Below are positions 19,394 through 32,400 of a stretch of 64,000 nt of DNA, one piece after another. Positions within the stretch are counted from its first letter, which is position 1. Every line of letters starts with the position of its first letter. This stretch comes from Saccostrea echinata (taxonomy: Eukaryota), in NCBI RefSeq assembly GCF_033153115.1, contig NW_026889757.1, forward strand, positions 6,696,001 through 6,760,000. Reading direction: 5' to 3'. The position numbers were made by a program, and so were the translations under genes. A model generated the notes under the pieces. It made no database searches. It was not told where the DNA came from and saw only the letters and a program-made list of their open reading frames with translations.

Positions 19394-22300
19394 ATGATTG
19401 GTACCGCAATTAAATCGGACGATAAGGAATTAGACAAGAGGATCATCAACTTTTGTGACCTTCCAGACGATGTGTTGTTTTCAATTTTCAGAAAGTTGGA
19501 CATCAAATCCTTGTCCACCTTATGTCGAGTTTGTTGCAGATTGAAAGATCTGCTCAGCAGTGACCATGCTTGGGTGCTTTTTTCTCATAATTTCAATGTG
19601 ATTCATTTTGAGGAAGACGTGTGAGTTGAATCTNNNNNNNNNNNNNNNNNNNNNNNNNNNNNNNNNNNNNNNNNNNNNNNNNNNNNNNNNNNNNNNNNNN
19701 NNNNNNNNNNNNNNNNNNNNNNNNNNNNNNNNNNNNNNNNNNNNNNNNNNNNNNNNNNNNNNNNNNNNNNNNNNNNNNNNNNNNNNNNNNNNNNNNNNNN
19801 NCTTCAATTGTAGTATATTATTGATACTTCCACAATGAGAAATATTTGAAAACTTATTTATATTAATTAATAATTATATTATAAACTTATTATAAAAAAA
19901 ACCCAGGTGTGGTGTACAATATTTTTAGCAGGGTTTTAGGTTGAATAATCATGATAATAGGGATTGAACTCTTAAACATGTTTAAGTTATTGATAAAGAT
20001 AATGTTTCACTCATTATTTGAGGTAGAAAAAAAGTACAGATGAAATTGATATTTTATTTGATAACCAATGATTGATTTAACAAAACTTAACCACAGTGAC
20101 TGCAAAACAAGAAGATGAAATACCCGCCCCCTTAAAGATATTATAAAAAAAAAAGAAAGAAAGAAAAGAAAAGAAATTGAAATAAAACAATAAAAAGGAT
20201 TATGTATCTTAATTTACAAAAGTACCAAAATTGGACCAAAACTGTATGATCGTTTTAAAAGAATTTCATTTTTTTTTTTAAATTTTAGTACATGTATATA
20301 GTAAACATTGCAACAACTTTCGTCGAATTTTATTCAAATGCTAATATACAGAATTGATCTTGTCTGTCGCATGAAAAGTTTTATTTAAAAAGGACAAAAA
20401 CTGATGAAGGCTCAGTAGTGTTTTGAAAAAAAAATTACAGACACAAAAACGAACACACGAACGAACCCCGACATCTTAACATTGCCTGAGCTTTTAACTG
20501 CATGGTCTTTGAAAGCTTACTGATGTTATAAGTATCAAAACTTAATACAACCAGGGGCATAAATTTGAAATAACTGTTACATTGCTTTCTCTGTTCTTTT
20601 TAAAAGTTTTCTACACTGCGTTTTTCGCCGATTTTCTTCCTCCATGTGATGTGCCCCACTGCTAAAAAGAGCGCCACGCGACGTTTCATAAAAAAGGGAG
20701 ATAACTCTAAAACTTGGCTTTGGTGATTGGCGTTCGTGTCCATTTAATCTGCAGAAAAATAATAAAATTGTTATTTAAAAACGGAGCAAGAGGTATCAAT
20801 TAAATACAACGGATAAAAAAAAATTCTTTTTGGCCACAGAAACTTGATTCGAATGTTTGTCGATTATTATATAGACATCGTTACGTTACTGCGCGCTGTG
20901 TTATCTTTTGTAAATTTGTTATTACATGTATATAGTGAACACGTTGAAGTTCCCCGAAATTACATGTGTACAGAAAAATTAATTCTAAAGATATTGATCA
21001 TCAACTGATTGACTCTCAATTGTCACGCTTCACGGTATTCGCCGATCAACGACCGTGTTTGTTTAGCACGTACAGTCCGCTTTCTCTCAAGGTGCATGCC
21101 AGCCGTAGCATAAACACAATTAACTACTCAGGTCATTAAAAATTAAGTGTCAGTACTGAAATGCAATAAAATTTAATCATGGCGGCGGCTGATTTTAACC
21201 ATGGCGCAGCTCGTTTAACCATGGCGCACATAAATTTAACCATGGCGGGCCGCCATGGTAAAACCCCTTGTGGAGAACCCTGATTCATACAATAATATAC
21301 ATACATGTATGTGTTTGTAGACTTCCTCTGAAAGAGAAGTTCAGGATTTCCCATAATAGAGAAAAAGGAACCTGCCATGAATCATTACTTGCCAACTTTT
21401 CAAAAAGGTAGGGGTAGTTGATTTTTTAAGATTAGATATAAAGTATAATGAAAACATCATACAGCATGTTTCTTCTAGCGCTAAGTTTGTTATCTTGATT
21501 CATATCTTTGGTTAAATCTAACAATCTTTGAAATTGAGGAAAGTTATTGTTTCACATCAAATAGTCTTTATGGGAAAATGATTATAAAAAAGTTGAATGG
21601 ACTATGTATTAAAATTTAGGTTTAATAGTTAACTCAGTCACAATGCCTGTGTTTCAGACAAATGCCATGGATGCAGTATCACAATGGGAACCTATGGGTC
21701 TCATCTAAGAATGAGATTCAGTCTTATAGCCCTGGCAGAGGCAAACAATTGAAAGTCAATAAAAAGAATAATCCATACAAACTTCAGAGAGATGTCACTA
21801 AATTTGTCACTAAAGAAGACAGGATTGTCAGCGGATGCTTGTAAGCTTCATCAGTGTTGGATGTTGATATTTATTTACCCTTTCCAACACTTTAATTCCT
21901 TCTCCACTCACTTATGTTCAGATAGGACATCATGTAAGAGGATACATGCATTCATTTAAGGACTTAAAGGATGTTTTGTACATGTACATTACATTATTTA
22001 CCTGAACATTATAACACTAAGTCTTGTTATGAAGAAATGCCCTGCTCTCTGATGCCATCAATGCAAGTGTCTGTATAGGAATATGACTTAACAATACAGT
22101 AAGAATTTGTTTGCACAAAAATTAGACAAATAAATAACATTAAATGATTATGATATAAGTATTGTGTCATAATGATGTGATAAAATTTGACACATGCACA
22201 TCAAATCATACACTTTCAACCCAACAGATTTGGTACTCTAGGTTTCCTCATCTTTGTCTATTTTACTGATGTTACGTTTGTTTGAAGATACTTGTAATTA

Positions 22301-24210
22301 GTTTTTGTATTGTAGGGATGGCAGTATTCACATATGGGAAGCAGGAGGTACTCACACAGTAGTGGAGAAGGCCCACCCATTAGACACACAGGCTGTGGAT
22401 TGTCATAATGGTATCCTGGTCTCTGGCTCAAGGGATGCAACTCTAAAGGCACGTGAATTAAAATGACCACATCAAGTACAAATTATTAAATGCGTATATT
22501 TACACAACAAGAAACCACAAACTTTTTCTTCAAAAATGTACATTTAATAAAATCTCTGAGATATATCCAACAAATAATGTAATAACCTGTTTATTTTTTG
22601 AAATGTAGGTTTTTAGGCTACAGTCGGATAACTATAGTGGCATCACTGGTGTTGAGGAGAAGTGCTGCTTTCCTGTAGGGGACAGGGTGTGGTCCCTTAC
22701 CCTCTCTCAGTGTGGCAGGTTGGTTTCTAAAATTCATATTATTATTGAAGCACAGTAATATCAGTTATTTATTTTCTATGTAAAGAATTGTCTGATATAC
22801 TTGTAAAACTCTTGATCTAAAATATTTAATATCACTGTATGACTGTTAAATTCCTTGCAAAAATATTGAAACACATTTTGAGAGGAATGATTTTAGTGAT
22901 ATGAATGAACTATTCACTTAGTATTTATTCTTTCAGCTTTTGTGCATGTGGAACAGCATTTTGTGAAGGAGATGCTCCTATATCTTTGTTGGATTTGAAC
23001 AAGTATGAACAGTATATAAACAGCAAATCATAAGCTTAAACTAATTAACCTCAACCATTTTATACCATCAGATGTTCTATCATAAGTCTGATTGTTATAT
23101 TTACCAGAACCATTTTATGTGAAATATGCCAATGAATTAATAAACTGAAGTTTCCACAAATTAAAGCTGGAAACAAAGATAAAAAAGATCAAATGTACTA
23201 TCTTTCAAAATGTCATAAAATCAAGTTTGATTTCAGACAGTGTGCTGTTAACCAGTTAGGCACAGAACACAAGATTGGTGCAGGTGTCCTTGACATGCAG
23301 TATGAGAATGAACACACATTGCTGACTTGTGGATATGACACATTTATACACATGTGGGACCTCCGAATCAACAGATGGTGAGGTTTCCCCACTTGTTTAG
23401 GTCAATATGACCTCATATGGTTTATAATCTTACGCTATATTTGTTATGCTTAAGTGCACATGTACCTAGCAAGGAGTAATTTATTGTCACAAACATGTAA
23501 TCATTTATAAATATTATGACAACATTTAGATTTACTCAGTTTTCCAGTGCATTTTGTTATCTGAGCATTATGTATTGTTTTATGAATCCTGTGTTGATTT
23601 ATGCCATAGCATCTGTTCCTGGGAACAAAGGTTTGACTCTGCATATTACTGTCTCAAGTCAGATGGTCACATGAACATATTTGCTGGAGCTTCACGACAT
23701 GGATTAGTGGATCTTTGGGACAAACGGAAAACAAGTAAACCTGTCCAAGTAAGCTTCCTTTCAATTCTGCAATTTCTTTTTTAACATTTTTAATTTAATT
23801 AAAATTAGGATGAAAAAATACAAAATTTTAATGTAAATCCAATTATGTTTTGGGGCTTGATATTTATAGGAAAAAATTAAAAAAAATGTTTGTTGATTAA
23901 TGGAAAATTTTTTACTTCACACAGAAGTACATGAATATTTACAGCAACATTAAAATATGAGATCTCAGTCAAATGTACTTAGGAATTTTTTTTTTTACTT
24001 TGAGTTCTCTTCCTACCATGTATATACATGTATTTAATGTACAAATATGATGATATGTTGAAATGTTTTCACCTTTGAATTTTATTGTTGCAGTCCTTTT
24101 ATATAGGCCATCAGAACAGTCCTGTTTATTCCTTGGCTTTTGACAGTAAAAGACTTTATGCTGCACTGGACTTACAAGTCAAGATTCTAGATTTCAGTTG
24201 TTATCAGTAA
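19394..24210 (+). CDS. FBXW4: F-box/WD-repeat protein 4 (dactylin), 9 coding exons, 400 aa
   Basis: Exons 19394-19620, 21321-21407, 21658-21840, 22316-22448, 22609-22718, 22937-23002, 23237-23377, 23610-23748 and 24094-24210 join in frame (1203 nt). F-box DLPDDVLFSIFRKLD. FBXW4-like motifs LPLKEKFRISHN, QMPWMQ, VSGSRDATLKV, GDRVWSL, GAGVLD, LLTCGYDT, HGLVDLWDKR and SPVYSL...LYAALD...LDF. Confidence 0.9.
19634..19801. other. Assembly gap (168 N) in FBXW4 intron 1
   Basis: Run of N. Confidence 1.
21172..21282 (-). mobile_element. Probable DNA-transposon terminus with a subterminal motif array
   Basis: Four TTTAA(C/T)CATGGCG copies plus one inverted copy, ending ...GAGAACCCTG (CAGGGTT on the minus strand). 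No convincing partner end or TSD found. Confidence 0.45.
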
Positions 24211-24293
24211 ATTGATATACATGTATGACTCAGGGTTACTTGTAATATTTTAAACTCTACGTCCTGGTGACTGAACTTTTAATATTTTTGTTT

Positions 24294-25314
24294 GTCACCA
24301 GGGTCACTTATGACCTATTGCTATGAGTTATTGTACATTACTGTATATTTTTTTGTAAACTTCTGAACATTTTCAGTTTGTTTGATGAAATGGCTGAACT
24401 AATTTTTACCGATTTCTGTATGTAGCTGGGGCTAAAGGGTGGGACTGGGGCTTCAGGGGTGAGATTAATCCCATCAAGATTCTTTCAATCTTCAGAAATC
24501 TTCTTCTGTACTCCAAAATATCTAACAGAAAAGCTGTTAGCATTATAAACACCTGGCAACTTTCCAAAAATTAATTGAATTAATAGCCCATTTGTCTCAT
24601 GACCCAAAGTGAGGCTTTAAATTGATCCCTTAATGAAAATAAAATTCATAACATCTTTCAGTTTTTTTTTTTTTATACCTTAGGGAAATCTAGCAAGCAA
24701 ACTGTTTCAGGATCATAGGAACAGTTATCCCTCTCCCAAATTTTTGAAATTTGTTTACTTTGAGAGTGAGGGAAAGGAATCACACCCCAGGGTCAGACAT
24801 AGTTGATCATCTCAATGCTTTTGAAAAATTTTCTTTTTATCATGCAGGTCATCTAGCAGGCAAACTTTGTATGATTACATTTTTGCCTTGTAACAATATC
24901 ATGAAAATCAATGTCAGCTCAGGTCCTAGGGTGGAACTTTGTTGGACATATATTGAAAATGCATTATGCTTTAGAATTTCTTATGTCTGTATATGTAGCA
25001 AAAAATCATGTGTGTAATAAGAATAAACTTTAAGCCCCTTATCAAATTGTGAATTTTGTGTCCTCTGGACTCAGACACAAGTGTGGGGCTAATTTCATCA
25101 TTGAATATACATGTATCATTGTTAATTATGTTTTAAAATATCCTTAACTCCTTAGCATCTAGGTAAGAAACTTCAAGTCGGTAGGAAACAATCCTCTATG
25201 TGTTTGTAATTTCATGTCACATATGGGTCTATATCCTGTCCCAGTTTGAGCTAAGTCAGTCATAGGCTGAGAAACTCATGATACTCAGGTGACTATAAGG
25301 CCCATGGGCCTCTA
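24294..25314 (+). mobile_element. Old, degenerate HINE-type element downstream of the FBXW4 stop
   Basis: Starts GTCACCAGGGTCACTTATGACCTATTGCTATG and ends ACTCAGGTGAC-TATA-AGGCCCATGGGCCT (subTIR plus terminal palindrome), with decayed internal repeats. Confidence 0.6.
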
Positions 25315-26456
25315 ATGCACTGTTTTGTCTTTTTTGATGTCTTTCAATTAATTAAAAAATCTACATATCTATTCTTTTTTTTTTCTTTTTTTATGAAAGG
25401 TCTAACTTGTGAACTTTTGAAAAAAAAGAAGACATTGCTGTAATAAATTCCATGTAGCAACTGCTAACGAGACAGACGAGATAGAAATATCATTACATGT
25501 AAGCATTGCAAATGCAAAGCTTAATGTCATAAATTATTGCGTTGACTTTCTCAACCTCAAATGTAAAATGGCTTACTGACAGAATTATATCATTAAGCGT
25601 CAAAAATGCACCGTAGGAACCACTATTTATTTGGCCTTTTCTATAATCATCAATAAGAATAATGTAAACAATATATCAACTTTTGTGTATTTGATAGTGA
25701 ATAAAATTCAGTGTAGTGGCAAAAAAGGTATTTGATTGACAGTATCCCATACTACACTTTGTCTATTCTGACAAAAGCAACACTCATGTTTGTAGTGGAT
25801 GTTCGATTAGGGAGGCTCCCAAAGGACAGTGATTTTTCTCTTTTTTTTTTTTAAATAATAAAGTTACGTTCCATTGCATTAAAAGCTGATAAATGGCATT
25901 GTAAGACATTTAAAGACCTACCATAATTACACTTGTAGCTCCATGTTCTTTACCATCTTAAATCTTTCTGATAATGGCGCTGTTTGATGTAAGAAAAAAT
26001 TCCATAGTTTCATCATTTATTAATGATGTATCATTCAAACATAGTTTGACACGTGATATTTCATAGTATCAAATACAAAATAAAATATACTATTCTTACT
26101 ACATGTTCATGTATACTTCATATCACAGATATTTTAATAATGTACTATTACATCATTCTTTCTTCACTGTACAAATATGAGTTATCTTAAAATCAAACAG
26201 AAGAATTAAAAAAAAAATACAGAGATACAGTTCATATAGCTTTCTTTAAACTCTGACAATGTTTGTGTACACAGGGTCTACATTCAACTACAAACACTTT
26301 CTGATCTAATGCATCTGTGAATGTAGATTTTAAATCGAGAAAGACTGTCAAATGTGCCCCAAATTACATATTTATTTTGTCAAGGAGAAAAGAGATCTGA
26401 ATTACAAAAATCAAAGATCTTCATTTAACAGACAAAAGTATCACATTCAGCAAATG

Positions 26457-29400
26457 CTAGTGCTCCACTTGAACTAAAGCAGGGAAAGTTCTCATGCGTA
26501 ACCGCTCCACTTCAGCTCGTAACACGGCCACTTCCTGTGCCTGGGCTTTGGCAAGGTCCACTAGTTTCCGTCGCTGGACTATTTCTTGATATCGCTTCTC
26601 TGTTCCAGTGTCTGATCTTCTCTCAGCTGAAAAAAAAACAACATAAGGGTGTATATAGTTTAAGTACTGATCTAATGTCTTAAATTTTTTTTTAAAGAAT
26701 CGGTGTGTAAATTTCAAGAATCTTCCTCCCTGAGAAATAAGCCGTACCATTGACTTGGTCGATCAGTCTCCTCTCATTGACAGTGACATTCAGCTCCGCC
26801 AGATCATTGTCCATTGAGAAGTTTTCGGAATCTCGAGACTTGATTGTCTTCTGTAGGTCTTTCAGTATCTTCTTCTTCTCCTTGACATTCTTTTCATGAT
26901 GCTGATGGAAAAATTGATTGTGTCGTCATAATGCTGCTATTCTTTTACTTTGATTATAAACTTACAAAATATTAGGAGATATAATTTTTATGGCAACTTA
27001 TTTCAGTCGATTTTATACCTTGACACTTTGATATGCTGTTGCTGTTACTGATGTGGCAATTCATAATAATTTAAGTATATATATATACCAGTATTTGTAT
27101 CAGCATATTTGTTAATGATCATGCCAATTTTATGATTTCTCGGAAGTGAATGACCTATGTAGCATTGGGATTTGAATATACAGGCACATACAATATCCTT
27201 GCCAATATTATGCTGTACTTTAAAAAATGAACAAGATTTTTAAAAAAAATTATTGAAAACATTTTACTAAAGTAACTTACCTTTAGCTGGGTGAGAATTG
27301 TCTGTTCTAATTTTCCTATTTCTTCTGCTTTTCTGCCCTCATAATCCTCGTTTGACAAATACTAGAACAGAAATACAGGTATTAAGCTGAATATTTATAA
27401 ATAATTAACACAATATATGGAGATAGAGGTTAAAACAGCTAGCTAGCATGATCATTTTGAGATCAGAATTGAATGCATTCATTCACTATATGTGAATATT
27501 TTGAAACCAATCCCTTTATCCTTTAAACAATGAGACAAAATTTTCACTGTTGGTATGGTGTTTCTGTTGATAATTAAAATTACTGTTATGATTGCATTGC
27601 AAATTGTCCAATAATTTATAAATTAAGGTATCTCTCCCAATTATCTTGCTGAAGGAAAGGTAGGATAATGTGTGTATAATTCAGGGTAGATGTTTACTGC
27701 TCAGTTATAACTATACATGCATACAATTTGTCCCTATAGACAACCTAAGTGTTACAAATATAAAGCAGACTGCATACAGGTGATTTTATAAATCGTTTCA
27801 AACCTACCAGTTGAATCTCTCTGGTGACTTTCATGAACTGAATGTCTTTCATCTTATTCTGTAGATCCTCCATCTGCATCAACATGCGCTTCTGTTCCCT
27901 GTAAACAGTCACATGGGACAGGGTATAGCATATACATGTACATGTATTTGTACAATTCTTTTAATGGAAAAACAAACTGAAAATATTTCATCTTAATTCT
28001 TTAGGTTTTCTCACCATTCTAGCTGTATAATGCCTTTCCTAAAGTCCTTGCTCTCCATCATACTTGTAATCTTGCTTTCACCTAGTTGCTACAAATGTAC
28101 ACATCGAGAATTACATATCAAATTAACATTTCCAGCTGGACTTAACTCAAACCAAAGTTATATAAAGTGCAGTTATCATATTTATACTATTAAAATACTA
28201 CATGCAGGTCATTTATTTGGTATGCATATAAAATGATTAAATAACATCTGGTCAGACTAACTACTGTGTGGATATTTGAGGTCCATATAAAATACTTCAG
28301 GTCAAAATATCATCTGGCCAGACTAACTGTTGTATAGATACATGTATATGAGGTATGTACCTTGATATTACTGTTGAGTTCCTCTACCACGCTCCTGTGG
28401 ATCAGAGCACTATCTTTATAATCATGGATAAAATTGGTTGGATCCACCTCCACTTGACCTTGTTTCAGCATTAACTGGACTTCTAAGTTAAGGTTAAATC
28501 GTATTCTGTCATCATGCAATCTAGAAAACAAAATAAGAATTTAAGTACAAAAACTCATGCCCTTTAGGATCGGTTTTTATTTGTCAACAAAATCTCAAAA
28601 CTATCTGGGTATATTATCCAACAATTCCTCGGACGCGAGAATTATTTCTTAAACAAATTGTACTTGATCCTAGAAGGTTTACTTTACCTTAAATTTGTAT
28701 TAATTTGTCAACAGCTGACTGATAAAGAAAACTTTGAGATAGCACACATTACATACTTGTTGAGTGTATCAAATATTCCCTCTATTTCATTCTTCAGTCC
28801 CTCATCCTCTTCCACTCTCTTCTTGTAAAAGTTGTCCATTTCTGCCAGGACCAAGGCTTTTTGTTTTATCTGTAATGCAAGTGTCAGGATATTAAATAGT
28901 ATGTTTTCATTTGGACCTAATGTGTATTATGAAATTTACATGTACAAATAAACTCATCTTGATGATCTGGAGTAATAATCATCTGTGAACGAAATACAGC
29001 ACAATTTTGAAAAACTATGTGTAAATAGTTGAACTTCAGTTTTCCAAACTCAGATACATGTATCTCAAATACATTTGATGTGAAATGATTTGGAAGTCAC
29101 AACACTATATTCGTATTGTAATTTAACCTCGATCTCTCAAACCTTCGGATATCTCTAAACTTTTTCTCAGTCCCATTAAGTTCAAGATAAGGAGGGTTGA
29201 CTGTATACATATTCATGAAAATATATTTTGTAGGTTCTTGTCTGCATTATTTTATAACAGCTATTACAAATACAGATGTCTTCCACATCTATCATATTCT
29301 GTAACTTACCAATAAATCATTCTCAATCTTTTCTCTCCTGTAAGCACACAGTCTCTGCCAAACTGCCTCCTCCACTCCATCAGGCATGTTGGAGATTTTG

Positions 29401-32400
29401 TCCAAGTCCTGAATGGCTGCGTCCAGCTGTGCCTTGGCCTGGGCGTGCTGTCTGGCCGTGGAGGGACGGTCAGCAAAAGGATTGGGGAGGGAGGAATCTG
29501 CCGTGGATGGAGCAGGGGTGTCAAAACCTTTAAGTCTTGGTATTCTGAAAAAATATAGATATGAAGTAAACATGCATATATGATACACTTAAGTTGAATA
29601 AAATTCAAATATACTATTTTACTTAAAGATTAATTAACTGGTTTATCATTATGAATTAAAACATTAGTAACAAAGGTATTATTCACTTGTGATGTTCTTG
29701 CATCATACCTTGGCCTCTTTCTGAACAGTCTGTAAAGCTGATCTTGCTGTACAGCCGTAACATCATGGAATTCACGCTTGAACGCTTTGTCCATGACCTT
29801 GTCCTCAGCATTCAGAATGTCATATTGCTCCTTGAAGGCATCCATGTGTTTCTTAGACTCCATGACAGCAGTTGCTGTCAAAGCCTGAACAACAGAAATC
29901 AAACATTTAAAATTCAATGCTTATAACTTTCTAGAGAACTCAGCATGGTAGATAATGAGTATAAAGCTAGTGTACCTTCATGGCTTTTTTGTGCTCCATG
30001 AGTCGGTTTAGTTCTTTCTCTCTTGTCTCCAATTCTTCCTCCACCAACAGGGAATAACGCAGACGCAGAATTTTAAGCTCCTCCTATAAATGTCAATCAT
30101 CACTTTAATGTCACTATAATGGCATATTAGGTAAGTTTTACTGATCAAAAGATTAAAACAATCCTAGTGTTGCCATTTTAGAGCAAAGAATTTTACTGAC
30201 ATTTGGACTAAATGTTCAGATTGATAAGACTACATATGTCATCAAAATCCTGACAATTAATAGGAGAGGACTTAAATGAGCTCACCTGATAAATGACCAT
30301 CATAATTTTAATCTTCTTCATAAACAACTGGGTCAAAACGTCGTCAAATCCCTGCATACCATCTTGGATCATGCTTTGGAGCTTTCTTAATTCTGTCTCC
30401 AGTTGCTGTTAAAGACATTCATTAATCAGTATATAAACTTTGTCCTTTATGTACCAAGAAAGACTCTTTATGCCATTACATGTCCTTTTGTCACTGACCT
30501 TTCTGTACTTTTCCCTTTCCTCCTGCAGTTCTTTGACCTTCTTTTCATACTCTTTGGCCAGCTTCTGCTCATCTTCAGTCCAGTCAGTGGGTTCCTTAGT
30601 GGACATAAACAATGGTTTGGGAATATCCTGAAAAAGAAAATCAAAATAACAATTCAAATTCAAATTAATTTTTTCTTCTTTTTTTCTTTTTTTTGGGGGG
30701 GTGGGGGGGGGGGGGGGGGGAGGAGATTAAGGGATTTAATTCTTATGATTTTCATTCTATTGTAAGAGAAAGACCTCTGCAAGTTTACCTTTTTAAGTTC
30801 ATCCTCTTTCTTAATTTCCAGAACTCCTCCCATCATCATGTCCAGTCCTCTCTCCCGGGCATTATCTCCTCTTTCTCTAATCCTTCTCTCCTCTTCCTCT
30901 TTCTCCTTCTTCTCTAATTCTTTCCTCTGTTCAGCTGTCAGATATTTTTCCACTTTCACCTGGGAAAATAGAAATCAACTGGTAAATCAATACAGCAATG
31001 AATCAGTTATGTGGACAATTATTAATTCATAATAATGCTAGGCTACATATCATTTTAATTACATACATGTATTTATGCATTTCAATTACATATTTAGGTA
31101 TTTTAAAATAATTTTAAAATAATTTTTGTTTTGTAGTTTTAAGATTATTTTCCTTATCCTAAACATTCCAATCTTGATCATGCTCTATATATAAGCTATC
31201 TACAACAAACATGTACATTGTATACATGTACATGTAGCATTTGAAATTATTTGGAGAGCATTTGATAACCTTTCACCATATCACTATAGCATATGACATT
31301 TCTCCTTACAACCCCCTAAATTTACCTCATGATCTTCTACTTTGAGGAGGGACTCTGGATCCTCGTAAATAGACAACTCAGGACTGACCATGTCCTCCTG
31401 AAGATCCAGGTCTTGTAGAATCTTTACAATCCTCTTGTTCTTATCTTTAATTTTAGCAATCTCTGACAGTTTCTTTTGATAAACTTCATCAAATTCTTTG
31501 TTAAATGCAATTTTAATTCTGTAGATTGCATCCTGCAAATTAAAAATTTTGACAAACATTTTCTACATACATAAATATTTACTAACAGGTGAAAGAATAA
31601 AATTATACATAATTGACAAGATGTAAACCAATTGGGATAGGCAATCTGAAATGTCCTTGACTTTTTGTATAATGTTTCAAGCAGAGAGAAACTTGATGGT
31701 GTGACAGGGGAGATAATTACCTCCAAGAGAACGATCTGACTGACTTTCTGGTCCCGTGTGTGGAGGTCAAACTGACTGAAAAAGAGGTCACTGCCCCCTC
31801 CATACATAGCACCTATTAAATAAGTCAAGCAAATAAATAAAAATCCATCCAGTTATGATTTTAAAATATCCACAGGAGCTCCAACTAGATAAAATATTGC
31901 TTGATTTCAAAACTGATTAAATAAATATTATTTACATGTATTAGTGTATGAAATTCTGGAGAGTTAGTTGAGCAATAGATGCTGCATATTTATAATCTTT
32001 TATACATGTACAGTGTACACAGTAAAGCTTCTGCCATCACCAGTTGATTACAAAGCCTGTACTGTACCCCAAGTTTCTAACAGTTATGGACAGACTGTCC
32101 CTATCAAAGTTTATCATAATTAAAGTACAATGACTTTAAGAAGACATCACATGCAGTATTAGTATATTACACTGTAAATGAAACATGCATTTTCTTTATA
32201 TTGTACATCTAAAGATTTGACATGCAGTGTGTTGAAATAAAATAGACAACATCTAGGTAATATATATTTTTTTATTATCAAGATGATTTCATTTTAAAAA
32301 ATATCTTTCTACAAGATTCTGTAATTCAGCCCAAACATTTTACCTTCAACAGTCTTTTAAAACATGTAATGGTAACTTTATTGTCCCTACCTTCCTATTT

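Larger units (their letters stand above)
6879..19522 (+). repeat. Tandem segmental duplication, copy B (interrupted by the Gypsy element)
   Basis: Offset to copy A is 3565 before the insertion and 12643 after it (3565 + 9074 element + 4 TSD). Copy B continues into the intact FBXW4 exon. Confidence 0.95.

Noticed and set aside
19330-19413. 27-aa upstream ORF overlapping the FBXW4 ATG
   Set aside because: The TSS is unknown and such short ORFs arise by chance; no supporting evidence.
19520-19838. ORFs containing X runs
   Set aside because: Artefacts of the N gap.
19929-21282. CAGGGTT...AACCCTG as paired TIRs of one 1.35-kb element
   Set aside because: Only ~8 bp match and there is no target-site duplication.
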